Source: the human T2T-CHM13v2.0 reference genome, Homo sapiens
NCBI RefSeq assembly: GCF_009914755.1
Contig: NC_060929.1
Reading direction: 5' to 3' (one strand)
DNA length: 64,000 nt
The position numbers were made by a program, and so were the translations under genes. Positions 39,211 through 52,884 of the stretch are shown here, piece by piece. The number at the start of each line of letters is the position of its first letter. Position 1 is the stretch's first letter. The notes below the pieces were generated by a model, which had not been told where the DNA came from, did no database searches, and saw only the letters and a program-made list of their open reading frames with translations.

Positions 39211-40134
39211 ACTGGTTAATGTCACATTTATATTTCACCTCTCCTAGGACTTGGACTTGGAAAGATGATGAGACATCATTCTTACCATTAATGGCAGGAA
39301 GCAAGGTCATATTTGGTAACGATGTGATGTTATAGGTTTTATAAAGTGGAAGTTACTCTGAGTGGAAGAAGTTCTCATCACAATGCTTGGGATCAAGTAC
39401 TGGTCTTGCTATTTACCAGCTTTGGTATCTCTGGAAAACAACCACCTGACTTTTCCTATTTTTTAAGACATAATCAATAATTGTTTCCCCATCCTTGTAT
39501 CCTCAAATAAACTGTGAATATAGAAACAATTTTTAAATGGTTCTACAATTGTTTTGCAATTATGTTAATTAGAATGTCAAGGGTCTTTTGGTCTGATAGA
39601 GTTGCCAAGCTGAAGTGCTTGGGTGAGGCCTAAGAACCCATATTCACACTGATTCCATGCTAGGGGCTGCGCTGAGCATGTGGCTGGATTCAGGTTGAAT
39701 TTTCCTGGTATTCCTGTGGGTGCCACTCTCATTCATGGATAGGCATAGAGAGTAGCTTAGCAAAGGCCACGCAACCATTCAGGGATAGAACGTGGATTTG
39801 AGCTCAGTCGTCTGTCCATGTACCCAACCTTTATCCTCTAAACCACAGCTTCTGGTCCTGAAAAGGCCCACGGGCCCTAGGTTTTTGGTAAGCTTCTTAT
39901 GGGTACACACATTGGCAGGACTTAGGCTCTGTCACTGTACTTCATCCCTGTTACCTGAAAATCACCTGGCAGCACTCAGATGAGGGAGAATGCTTTCTTC
40001 ATAAAAAAGGACTTAAAAATGCCCCCTTATCTCTACAAGAGGAGGTCCAGAGCACATTTCTTTTCAGCTGCCATATAAGAGAGAAAGGGTCGGATGATTT
40101 CTCTCTTTTCTATTTTTTTAAAGAGCAAGCATTA

Positions 40135-40934
40135 TAAACAGTATATTTTTGAGATTTATAACATGTAGATATAAAATATATAACAATAGCAAATAGAATA
40201 GGAGGTAAATAGAATGTTCTACAGCAAGTTTTTTATATTTTACATTTATTGAAATAGTACTACATTAACTCCTGTGTAAGTTGTGATATGTTAAACTTAT
40301 ATTTTGTAATCCCTGCAACCACTAAAGAAATGCAGAGATTACATTTAAAAGCTAATAAAATAAATTGAATACAACAAACATTTATTCAATAAAGGTCATA
40401 AATGCTTTAGTCGTAATTTCCCAAAGCAGGAATCAACCCGATATCTATCAATAGGAAAATGGATAAACAAGTTGTAAAGGATACAATCCTAATACTACTC
40501 AGCAATACACAGCTACTGACACACACCACCTGAGTGAATCCTATAAACGTATTGAGTGAGACAGCTGGAAATAAAATAAACTATTTCATATGATTTCAGG
40601 CATAGTGAACCAATGGTTAAAAAAAAAATGGAATAGAGATGGCCCCCAAGTGAGGAAAAAGTTGCCTGGAAAATAACCTGAGGAAATTTTCTGGGGATAA
40701 TGGGAAACTTCTGTTCTTAAAGGATGAAGTTCATATGAATGTATTTATCTGTCAAAACTGTACAGCTAAGATTTGAGCTTTCATTGTATGTACATCAGAC
40801 CACACCAAAAAAAAAAAAAAAAAAAAAGAACTTACAAAAAAAAAAAACCTGTGTGTAGGTGGGGAATGGCATATGATTAGGTGTTGTTGAGGCTGGGTGA
40901 GAAGTCTATTGTACTGTTTTGTTTATTATGTTTG
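40135..40934 (+). mobile_element. Old L1 (L1M): inter-ORF-like piece joined to an ORF2 end and 3' UTR
   Basis: tgtaatccctgcaaccactaaagaaa; then aatcaacccgatatctatcaataggaaaatggataaacaagttgt...gaggaaattttctggggataatgg...tttcattgtatg. Confidence 0.65.
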
Positions 40935-41143
40935 TTTTTTTAACATTTGTCTTAGGTTCAGGGTTAGTTCAGGTTCAGGTGCAGGTTTGTTATGTAGCTA
41001 AAGTCATGTCACAGGGGTTTGCTGTACAGATTATTTTGTCACCCAGGTACTAAGCATAGTACCCAATAGTTATTTTTTCTGATCTTCTCCCTCCTCCCAT
41101 CCTTCACCCTCACCCAGGCCCCAGTGTCTGCTGTTCCCCTCTT
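40935..41143 (-). mobile_element. L1PA (older primate, ~PA13-16) 3' end
   Basis: gtgcaggtttgttatgtag...tgtacagattattttgtcacccaggtactaagcatagtacccaatagttattttttctgatc. Confidence 0.85.
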
Positions 41144-41314
41144 CATTTGCATGACAGCAAGCCATGCCTTTCCCTCTGTATCAGGATTCAGTGACAAGAA
41201 ACGGGTTCCAAAAATTTCAAGGCCAGCAGTGTGTCCTCTTTCCTGTATTTGCTTCTTAATACTTAATAGGTTGATTGTTTCTAATTTTATATATTTGGAA
41301 TATAAAAACCAAAG

Positions 41315-41641
<327 letters not shown>

Positions 41642-41672
41642 TCAAAGGCTGCCAAATCGTAAATCTGATATC

Positions 41673-41686
41673 TGGATGGATGGATG

Positions 41687-41731
<45 letters not shown>

Positions 41732-41766
41732 GCAGGCAGACAGACAGACAGATAGATAGATAGATA
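41673..41766. repeat. Compound tetranucleotide STR (TGGA)4(TAGA)8(CAGA)2(CAGG)2(CAGA)4(TAGA)3
   Basis: Counted directly from the sequence. Confidence 0.95.
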
Positions 41767-41939
41767 CCTATGTCTCCATTCTGCCAATGTTGCATTAATG
41801 TCCTTTCCATATGTTTAATAGCAAGTGAAGGTATTCTAGCCATGACTTTGGAAGGACTTAACATTTGTAACTTCTCAGTTTATCTTTCTTGTTGAGAAAT
41901 TGTGTGAGAAGACTGGGAAAGTATCCTACTAAATATAAT

Positions 41940-42130
41940 TATTATTATTGAGCCATTATTTTGTGGTGACTATGTACTTGGTACTATGTTAAGCACATTG
42001 CAGGTAATAACTAATTTTCACAAAACACAAGATGGTAAATACTGTTAATCCCATTTCACACATAAGAAAGCTGATATCACACTGCTAAGTGGTGAAACTT
42101 AAGAGTCCTTGTTCTTTTATGCTATGCTAA
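41940..42130 (-). mobile_element. MIR
   Basis: actatgtacttggtactatgttaagcac...cccatttcacacataagaaagctga...gctaagtggtgaaac. Confidence 0.55.
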
Positions 42131-44274
42131 TTCTCAACACAGTGAAAAAATCCAGGCTATTGATCTAACAAACCTATGAGAGTTCAGGATATTTTGCATC
42201 TGAGTGTTGAGCTTGGGAGACTTGCATAAGTGACTACAGTATCCATCAGATTTTTATCATAAGCCTGCCTGGGGACAGAGGAATTCGAATAATGATCCTG
42301 AAAGTGAGTTTGTCATCATGAAATACATCGCTCAACATGGCATACACTTAAATAACAACAAAAACTAGAATGGATGGGACATTGTTCCTCTCTTGTTTTA
42401 AGTGAGTCCTTGGCTTTTGCCAGAGAATTTGTTCTTCCGGCCCCACAGGCAATTGTATACATTTCACAGAGAAGTCTGAACATAACTAGAGTGCATCTTC
42501 AATCTACAAATGCACTGTGTTCAAAAGATAACAGCCAGTTTTTTTAATCTCAGAAGATGTTTTCCCATTGGAGGAATATTTTAATTTCAAATTATGGATA
42601 TCAAAAATGTATCTACCTCTCCAAGTGGCATCTGGAGACACTATGAAGAAGTGCTTTTTAAAAACTGTCAACTTGTTGTTGACTCTTTGAAGTTCCATTA
42701 GAGAGAGACCTTTTTTTGGTCAATCATTCCACAGCATCTTACATTGGATTTGAACTTTCCCATTGCTTATTCATAGCGTAGATTATTTTAAATTGTGAAT
42801 CCTTAGAATATGAGGTTTGGAAAGAAACATACAAGCATTGTGTGTGCACGTGTCAGGGACTGCCTCTAGGTAGGACTCTACTGTCTAGTGTGTTACAATG
42901 ACAGGCATTGCCTCAGGCATTGCAGATGCTGGATGCTTTTAATAAATATGAAGATCTGTGTTGCATTATAATTTTACAAAGTAATGAAGTTATTGCAGCT
43001 TAGCATAATCAAACTTCATAAAAACAATTTCTTCCATCTTAAAATAATAATAGGGCTTGGCAAATGTAGAATTCTAATGTCAGCTCATCAGCTATGTGAT
43101 CTGGTATGACACATCTTGCACATTATGTACCTGTAGTCTGTGTTGAAAAATAATTTTCAAAATATCTTCTATTTTCAGGCAAGGAAGGAACTTAGGAAAA
43201 GGCAACTTTTAGTTCAATTCAAAGCTTATTTAAAATTATGTGTGGGTGTTTCCTGAGAAAATTGCTGACTAGGGTAATTTTCCCTTCTTCCTGGGTTCCT
43301 CTATTGGCTTACATTGTAATCAGAAAAATGTGAAGAATTTTCATTGATGGCATTGCCACAAACTGTGGTCCATTTATGTCATTATCCATGGGTGGCACAT
43401 CGTTCTCTGTGGTATAGGTCTGTCTTGTCAACCTTAAATTGTAGGGCTGGCCATTCGGATGACTGCACCTTGCAGGGCTTCATGCAGGAAAATACGTGTG
43501 ATGTATAAACCAGTGTATATAAAATTTCTTTCTACCCTAGAAAGCTTGTTAAGTTCAAGAATTTTGCAGAAAGCTTAGTGGAAACACCTGCTCACACTTT
43601 CTATGACTTACCTGCTGGGTTCCCTAAAGACAGGACATACAATGGAAGGTGGCTGGGAACTGGACATATTACAGACATTCTTTGTTAGATTTTCTCTGAT
43701 AATTTCATTAGAAGTAAACGTCCAAGCAGTGATCATGTCTTATTTGCAGTATGGGATCACATTTGTGAAAATATTTATTGGCTCCAGGGAAACCCAAATC
43801 AATCCTACACATAGAAATGTGATTTCTCTGCTTTTATGATACCTGCACCTGCAACTAACACCCCCACTCCTCCAACTCCCACTTTAATGGGTTAAGCAAA
43901 TGTATCGAGATTTCTGCTGGATGGAGAAGCTTAGGCTCTTTAGGACTCATCTGCCAACATCTGGGGTCCTGCCCAGTTTGTTCCCTTGGAAACGTCACCC
44001 CAGGGTTTTCAGTAGATATTACAGATGAAGATTCTGATAAATAGCTGCCTCAGACAGACAAGATAAAAAGCTGTGCCTTTGCCAGATCCTTTGGAAGTCA
44101 TGTATTTATATGTTTGTTTCCCCCACTAAACAAGAAATGCCACACGGATGGGTTTGGTGTCCACTCCATCTTGGTATGCCCTGCCCCTCACCCCACAGGG
44201 ACTCAATACATGGTTGGTAAGGTGGACTTAATATAACTGAGCAAATCTGATCCTTTTAAACTGGGGAGTTCAAT

Positions 44275-44398
44275 CATTTGTTTTTCTTTCACTTATTCAA
44301 CAAATATTTATCAAGAACTTATTCTGTGTCAGGCTTTTTGCTGGGCCCTGAGTGAGGATATAATGATAAACAGGACAAACAAGGTCCCTGCCCTAACC
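44275..44398 (-). mobile_element. L2 3' tail
   Basis: ttcacttattcaacaaatatttatcaagaacttattctgtgtcaggc...aaacaaggtccctgccct. Confidence 0.8.
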
Positions 44399-44666
44399 AT
44401 AGAATTCCATGGCTCCCCTGAAAAACCAAAGGCCTCATTAGAGCTTAACTTCAAAGCAGTGGCAACACAAAGGTGTCTTTCGTCTTCCTTAGAAACCCAT
44501 TGGCAGAGACAGATATGTTTTCATTCCTTCTAGATACTCACCCTGCCTGAAAGACAGATGGGTAAATGTCCTTCTACTTCATAAAATAAAATCATAAACA
44601 AAATAAAATAACATGATACCAACAAGCAACCAACAAAAACACATTGACTTTTTTGTATTCTGTAAC

Positions 44667-45297
44667 CAGGCTCTTTCTTAACTTTTGTGGTGCTTGAGGC
44701 AAAAGTACAAATGGAGGCCCACCTACTATTGGTATGAAGATTTAAACGTTATGAATCATGTTAGCAACTGTTAGAGTAGGTTCTATCTTCCTATCTTCAT
44801 AATGATTTGAAAGGCCAGGTCTAAATTTAGGATTCTTGAAGCCTTTGCATTGTATTTTGGAGCCTGAACATAGAAGTGCACATAGCTTCAGCCCTGGGAC
44901 CTAGGCTGCCCACTTCTCTCAAACTATGAAGGGCCTTGTGAGTCCATGTGTGAATAGCCCAGTCCATGTATCTAGGTTCTGTTACTCTCACCCCCACAAA
45001 GCTGCCATTTAGTGGCTCTGTGGGCCTGGGGTACACACAGGTAGCACACAGGTAGCACAGTTAAACCTCCAGAGAATGGCCCTGGGCAAGAGGCCAGCAG
45101 TATAGGATTGCAAAAGAGGCTTGGGCTTGTTTGGGCAGGCAGTTCTGATGACCCAAACACAACCATAGTCTAGAAGGACCTGAGCCGCAGGTGGACACAT
45201 TCCTTTGACTCAGTGGAAAGGGATATAATCAGAGAAGGGCTGAGCAGAGGGCTTCTAAAGCATAAGGCACTTGTTTCCCTGTTCTAAAGGAGTGGCT
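44667..45297 (-). mobile_element. MER115-like (hAT-Tip100) element, near full length
   Basis: caggctc...ggcaaaagtacaaatggaggcccac...gttctatcttcctatctt...aaggccaggtctaaatttaggattctt...tttgggcagg...gtctagaagg matches the recalled MER115 reverse complement. Confidence 0.7.
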
Positions 45298-45533
45298 TTC
45301 AACTTTTAAAAGAAATTAGCAGAAATTTTTTCAAATAAACCCATATATGAAACTAATCAAAGAAAATATCCCCATTGATGTCAATACAAGAAGCATAAAA
45401 TCTGCCCTATTGTTTTCCACAATCCTGCCTTTCCTCTTCCCTATCTACACCTTCCCCCTGCCTCCTTCCCCCTGCCCCACCCCAGGGCAGAAGCCCCTCC
45501 GAGGAACCCTAGGGTTCTGCCTTTAGACCAGAC

Positions 45534-45753
45534 CAGTGGTTCTGAAACTTGAGGAGGAATCAATGACTACTCAAGGGCTTATTCAAACACATATTTTTTT
45601 TTCCTCACACATATATATATATATATTTTTGCCCTCCCCACCCTTTCAGTTTTTATTTTATGTCTGGGATGGGGCCTAAGAATTTGCGTATGTAATAAGT
45701 TCCCAGGTGTTGCTGATGCTGCTGATCCAGGGACCACACTTTGAGGATGGCTG
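45534..45753. mobile_element. MER5A containing a T/(TA)n insert
   Basis: cagtggttctgaaactt...tctgggatggggcctaagaatttgc...aagttcccaggtgttgctgatgctgctgatccagggaccacactttgag. Confidence 0.85.
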
Positions 45754-46859
45754 GATTGGAGGATGAGGCCTAGGAATCCAGCCATGCTAATTCTCACATG
45801 AACTTTTGGGGCTTGTTGTCTTTCACTGGGACCATCCAAGGGATATCCATCATTTAGATGCCACATAAAGAGAGGAATAGGGAGGGACTTTGTGGGGTTG
45901 ACTTCTGGGGTCTACTACCTGCTTGGTCTTTACACCATTCCCATCTCATCATCTTGTTTCTGGATGTGGGACAGGCTCTGGGAGTTGATATATAAATGGT
46001 TATAGGCAGGTCGCTACAATTTCCCACGTTCTGCATTTAGATCTGAAACAGCTGTTTAACGAAATGAAGATTTTTGAAAAGCCTTCAAAACAAAATGCAA
46101 GTGAATGGGTGAGAAGATTTTTGTCACTACTTTTTGAGTCAAAAAATAGAGACTAATTTGTTTTATGGGGAACTGGCAAAATTTCAAAATCTTGTCAGTG
46201 ATTCATTAGAATTTTATTTTCAGTTAGAAAACAGTGTTTTATATTTCACTGATTCATTAAAGAATGACATAATCATATTTTGCTCTCACGTTGTGGATAA
46301 CAACTTTGGGTCTGAATAGCATGTCTCTATCTCATTGTCTCGATTTTGAACTGTCAATGTTTTCCATTTAAATAATATTTTTGTTTAATGAACAGTCCAA
46401 TTTCCAAATACTTAAGTTCTGTAAGAGATGTTACTGAACATCTAATTTGCTTGAGCTGAGTATTATTTTTCTATTAGATAAATGCGTTTTTTTGGCCAGA
46501 GAAATTACATTTTAAGTGAAATCTATTAAGAAGAAGAATAGATGATTATGAGAAAAGAAATAGCAGAAGTGACTGATTTGAGTTAAAATAGGAAATAAAT
46601 GTAGCAAGCAGGACTCGGGCGGAGCCCCAGTCCTCCTGGCTGACCCAGAAGGGCCACTGAGGGTGAAGGGCTGACAGGAGAGCACTCCCAAGCAGCTGGC
46701 CAGGCCCTCAAAAATATGTACTTCTAAGGAGCTCCAAGTTAGGTCTGAAAATATTACTGGTTTACCTCACATTGAGAGCCAGGGTCAAAAGAGATGAAAG
46801 AAGATTGTCTTGCTCTATGGGAACTAAAGTTGAAATGAAATGAAAGAAAGATAAGATGA

Positions 46860-47256
46860 CGTTACAGACTGAATTGTCCGCCTCTCATATTCATATGTCG
46901 ACTCCAACCTCCAGGACCTCAGAATGTGGCTGTGTTTGGAGCTCGCGTCTTTAAAGAGGTAATTTAGTTAAAATGAGGTGCTTACGGTGAGCCCTAATCC
47001 AGTATGACTGATATCTGTATAAGAAGATGAGATTAGGACACAGACACACAAACACACACAGAGGGAAGACCACGTGATGGCACAGGGAGACGACACCCTC
47101 TGCAAGCCAAGGAGAGAGACCTCCAGAGAAGCCGGCCCTACCTACCCTTTGGTCGTGGATTTCTAGCTTCCAGAATTGTGAGAAAATAACAACTTTGTTG
47201 TTTGAGCCACTCAGCCTTGTGGTATTTTATAATGACAGTCCTCGCCAAGTAATATA
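46860..47256 (+). mobile_element. MLT1B solo LTR
   Basis: gactgaattgt...cctcagaatgtggctgtgtttgga...aaaatgagg...gccctaatccagtatgactg...tgcaagccaaggagagag; TSD gatga/gatgg. Confidence 0.9.
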
Positions 47257-47464
47257 GATGGGTATTCTAGAGGTTGCATTTTGAAACTGGGATGTGCTAT
47301 GGGCATGCCCATTGAAGAGAGAGGCACCTCTTACATTCAGTCCCTGTCTGTGGTCTTTCTCTGCTTATGCCCCTTGGCTTTTCTCATCTGTCAGATGCCA
47401 GCCTATCCAGAATATGCCCTGCTTCACTGTGACTCCTCTATCCAACACATGGTATGCCTTCTGT

Positions 47465-47645
47465 GTTCACACCATCTTAAAGTATGTTAGGATCACTCAG
47501 AGTGCTGCTTCAAAAAGCAGACTCCTGTTCCCTGTACCCACAGACTCTGATTCGATGGGTCTACAGTGAGGTTCTGCATTTTTAACAACCATCTTGGCTG
47601 ATTCTGTTGCAGGAGACCAGAGGAGCAACCCTTGAATTAAAAACA
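47465..47645. mobile_element. MER5B-like
   Basis: aaaagcagactcctg...cagactctgattcgatgggtct...ctgcatttttaacaacc...tgattctgttgcagg. Confidence 0.65.
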
Positions 47646-47754
47646 CAAAACAAAAACTGCCTTAGAACATGCAGCAAGAGGAAAAGCTGCATTCTAAAAA
47701 TTTGCCAAGGATAAAAATCAAATGAAATATTCTCATATGCTCCTTTTAGGTTTT

Positions 47755-48178
47755 TAGTGTCACCTTCTTGCTTAAAGCCATTCCTATTGCACTTAGAATA
47801 AACTCCACAGTTTTTGCCATGGTCAAGGAATCTCTGCATAGGGGTCTTCACCGGAGAGCCTCATTATGAGTTAATGAAGCCATCCCAAATCCCACTTACC
47901 TCGTAATTTTAGCTTAAATGTCATTTCCTCTGTAACATCCACTCCCAGTCAGTCCCTCTAATAGGATGCTATTATTTTCCTCCATAGTAGGTGTCATAAC
48001 ATAAAATTCTGTATTTCTTTGCACAATTAGTTGTTTACTTTCTGCCTTCCCCATTAACCTCTAAACTCTATAAGGGCTTGCCTCTCTACTGGTTCATCAC
48101 TTAATCCCAGCACGTAGCAGTGTGCCTGGCACAAGATAAAAGCTAGATAGGTGTTTATTGAATGGACAAAGAATTGAA
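47755..48178 (+). mobile_element. L2 3' region
   Basis: cctattgcacttagaataaactcca...agcttaaatgtcatttcctc...cccagcacgtagcagtgtgcctggcaca...tttattgaatg. Confidence 0.75.
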
Positions 48179-49199
48179 AAATTCTGGAAGTGTGAACAAT
48201 GGTTTAGAGGTCATACATTCTTCATCTTTAAAGGTCCTCAGCATCAATTCTGATGGAATTTATTTTCAAATGCTTTCTCACTCTTTCCCGGAGCTGTCTG
48301 ACCTGGGCTGGGGCTGACTGGAGGGTTTTAAGGGAAGTCACCAGTGGCAATGGAAACTAAAAGTAGCCTCGTCCAGTGTTTGATACATCTGGGCATGTTG
48401 CAGAGATTTTTGACAAGATAAATGACTTAATGATTTCCACCAGTCCTCATTCCAAGTCTGGAGGATTGATATAAAGGTGGTCAAAGCAGCTTTTGAACTG
48501 AAATCAATACTACTTAATATCTAAATTTCATTTTGAAATGTGACTAAGGATAAGCTAGTGGATTTTCATTAGTGGTAGAATTATTTTTAAAGTAATGATC
48601 CTCAGGGCCCCCATAGATTTTCCCATTACTGTTATAAGGGAGAGAAAACCTGCTACTGATGACCCCACAAGCTTCTGCCTTGATTTGCATATTAAAGATG
48701 TTTTGATATTTTTCAAGTAACAGATCAAAGCATCAGGGCTCCATTAGTCACTATATCAGGAACAAAGATAGAAATATAGATTTTGTTTTAATTTGAAAGC
48801 AAATAGCCTATCTTACATCTCATGTTATTAGGATCTCAGAGAAGTCCATTCATATTTTGCATGCTTAAATAGATTAAGAAAGAAGAAAATTAAGAAATTC
48901 TCTTGAATTAGTGTCTTCAAAGAGTAAATAAATGGAAAGCACCTTAATTAGTTATGCCAGTCCTTATTTCAGGGGGAGAGGCTATTTGATATTCATAGCT
49001 AACAGCAACCACATTTTAAAAATATACAAATATGTATAATTCTTAAACATCATATTTATGTTTGGGGGGGATAAGTATTATCCAAAATGTACCCAACATT
49101 TGTAACATGCTTCTTTCTAGAACAGTACTACTGCTGCTACTACTAGTTGTAGAAATAATAATACTGCTGTTTCCACTATTATTAATGATAATGATGATC

Positions 49200-49440
49200 C
49201 CTTCTATTTTACTGAGAAACTGTGGTGTTCCTAGCATTATGTGAGGTGTTTTCCATATATTGTTTTACTGAATAATGCTAACAACCCGTAAGGTTAGTAC
49301 TATGATTTTCCCTGCCGCAGACTGGAACACTGACATTAGTAACCAGATCATCCAGCTAGTTAGAGGTAGAATCCACACTCACACCCGGATCAGCTTCACT
49401 TTAAAGCCCAAGTACTTTCAACTCTTCCACACTGTGTTTT
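49200..49440 (-). mobile_element. MIR
   Basis: aacaacccgtaaggttagtactatgatttt...cagctagttagaggtagaatcca...aaagcccaagtactttcaac. Confidence 0.6.
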
Positions 49441-50165
49441 GAGTAGGAAAGAAAAATAACAACACTTAGATTAAGCAAAGTTTGGCGCTGGATTTTCTTT
49501 CATATTGTTCTGTCATGCTACCTTTTCAAAGGATTATAAACTATTTGTATGTAGTACAAGTGCTCTATAAATTGGGTAAATGAGCCTACCCTTTAAATAA
49601 ATAAACACACGCATTCTTGGCTCTAGCCAAACTGAATTAATCCCTGTTCCCCAGATTGAGCCCATTCTCGCCTCTGGTTCCAGGAGTGCACGGGGCTGGG
49701 AGGGCAACAGTGGCACAGACCTAAAAATAGATAAAAGAAAAACCATTGCTTCCCAGTAGCGGAGTGATAAGTGAGTTCGGGGCACCACAGCTTGGTTAGT
49801 TGGCATTCCACAGTGTGGCAAGCACTAGCTGGCAGGAGGGTGCTGCTTCCCCGAAGTAGGCTAGGAAGAGACTGGAGCCACTTTGGGCACAAAGCTTCAA
49901 AAGCTTTAAGATAAATCTGCAGAGTGAAGGATGCACAGGTGGATAATAGGAAATTAACTCTAGAGTTACAGGGTTTCAGGAAGCCACTGACACTGAAAAC
50001 ATCTGAAACAGTTGAGAAGGATCCCGATACTCTCTTGGCAGCTACGTTCAGCCACTTCCCTTCATCCCAGTCCTAATGGGCTTCTGATTGATCTTGCTTT
50101 CCAGCTTGCATTAGGACAGCTTTGGCCAAGTCTGTATTTCACTGAGGATATTCTAACAGAATTGA

Positions 50166-50548
<383 letters not shown>

Positions 50549-50699
50549 TTTTGTTTTGTTTTAATGTCAAGCGTTGTTTTTAACCATGCGGGCAGCCTTT
50601 TCATGCTCACTCAGTCTCTTGCGTTCACAGTCCCACAAGCTTCTGCAGGTGGCAACCCTCTGATATTTTCTGGGCTATTCAGTGATCCGATGGCACAAG

Positions 50700-50960
50700 C
50701 AGTGTTTTAAGGGCATAGACTTTAGTGCCAGATGGGTGGCCTGGGTTTGAATTTCAGTTTCCCCCTTTTTTGTGGCAAATTACATAATCTCTCAGATCTA
50801 CATTTCTCTCTTCTGTAAAACCAGAGTGAGAATGATACATACCTCAGGTGAGTGTTGTGAAGATCATATGAGAATATGCAGTTTGTAGGCATTAGCCCTA
50901 CCTCTAGTACGGAGTAAACATTCAATCATTGTGAGCTGCTGTTGTTATTATTATCATTAT
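50700..50960 (+). mobile_element. MIR
   Basis: catagactttagtgccaga...cctgggtttgaatttcag...ggcaaattacataatctctcag...acctcaggtgagtgttgtgaagat. Confidence 0.8.
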
Positions 50961-52884
50961 ATGATACTGTTGGAAAGAAGGAACCATTTTGATCACATGT
51001 AGGACCCAGATTCATTCAGTGACTGCTAATATTTCACCCTATTTTCTAAATAAGGTCACTGACAGCATTTATATGCATTATGGCACTTTCTAGCTTGGCA
51101 TTGATTTTGAATTCAGTACCAAAGTCAAAATGACAAATCTCTTTGATTATTTTTTTTCATTTGAAGTCAAAAGCCTTTTTTTATTCACTAACTGGTTCAA
51201 ACAGGGCGATAGCTATTGCATTCTCCCAAGCACTTGTAAGCTTGTTACAAATGCGTTGTCTGGTGGATTTAAACCTCTCTTCCTCCCAGGAAATGAAACT
51301 GCAACACGTTACTGAGCCATGCCATGTATCTAATCATTTCCCATAGCTGAGAGCCGGAAAATATTTTGTTTTGTTCACTCAACATGAGAAAGGAAAAAAT
51401 CCTTCTCCCTAACATCTGCCACCCCTAGATAAAATATAAAAACGCATTCCCAGATTTATACCCCTCAATTTAGGCTACAATAACTGGTTGGGGCAAAAAA
51501 GAGATAAATGGGTGGATTCTTTTTTATTCTAAGCTCTAAAATGTTAATCTATTGTATAGGGTTGTCATTAAATACTTCCCCAGTTAAAGGGTTCTCAAAT
51601 GTGAGCAGTCTAATCACTCAAAATACATGTGTTGAGGGGAGAGTTTCTACACATACCCATTCCCAATCCCCCTTTTTTGGATTCTTGGCTGTTTTAGAGG
51701 AACCCAAAGAAGTCCTTCCTTCTCCCTTCTTTGTTTCACCAAATCATTTTCTTTTCTGTTTCTGCTCAATTTTTATCTTTTACATGACGAATACTTAGCA
51801 GATATATGCTGGTTCAACTGCACACCTTGAAATCGTTTCATAGTGTTCATCAGTAGCCTCTATTCTAAGAAGCTCACTTTAAGTACCCCTGCTACTTCCC
51901 TGGTCTATTCCGCAGGATCCTCTAGACTCACCCCTAATCCTTCGGTAAAGGGTTGACCCCTGGCTGGCAGGAGCCCCCCAGACACTTGCTTCAGTTCTGC
52001 AGCACCAGCTTCCACTCTGCTTGGTAAGCACCCTCACCACACTGGGTGATAAATGTATTGAGGATAACTCCATTCCCCTGCTTTCTTCTGATGGCCCAGT
52101 AAACCCTGAATCCAAATCTTTAACAAGGTAAGATCTCTGTCTCCTTTCTCGGAAGGCAGTTTGAGTTTAATCTTCAAACTCTCCTGAGAGATGAAGAAAA
52201 ACATTTCATCTTTCTAGTGCATGAAAGAAAAACAAAGCAGCTAAGTTTTCACATTAAAATTGTCTGAATTTCCTTCCAGAAACTGTCACAGAGCCTTGTT
52301 ATTTGTTTTCCACTGAAAAGTGTTGCATTTTACTAAGCCTCCAGTCTGGCTGAGTAGTGGAATAGAATTCTTAAACATCTATCCATATTAAAAGGGGAGG
52401 AGCTCAATCATTATCAGAACTGGGACCAGAGTAGGGCTCTGGGGGTAGTAGACAGAATGATAAACTTTATCTGCAAACACTAAGCCAGTAGGTGGGGGAT
52501 GGCAGAGCTAGCATGCTAGTAAACCCAAAGTCTAAGTGGGGCAGACATGTAAGCGACTTGTTATAAAACAAAAACAAACAAACAAACAAAAAGCTATCCA
52601 GATGTTGGGAATAAGGCAAACGGGCTGGAAGAGGGAGAGAATACATTCTTTTAATGTCACATTGAAACATTATTTAAAGGCCAGGCTTTGGGAAGTTGCA
52701 TGTTAATTTGCAGACATTTGTCCAGGAGAAATAGTTTCTCTCCCACGATGTAATGATTTTACTGCCCTATAGGACGTAAGTCAGGTTTTTATCTCCAACG
52801 ATGTTATTCCAAGATTCTTTTTTTTCTCCATAGTGATGATAAATATTCACGTTCTCAGATGTTCTTTGAGTCAACTTTACCCGT

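Noticed and set aside
45034-45059. Tandem duplication cacacaggtag x2
   Set aside because: Ordinary slippage duplication inside MER115.
46610-46720. GC-richer patch with a GGGCGG box as a possible promoter or CpG island
   Set aside because: Too short, with very few CpGs.
51915-51926. GGATCCTCTAGA, matching the pUC polylinker BamHI-XbaI
   Set aside because: Only 12 bp, with no further vector sequence on either side.
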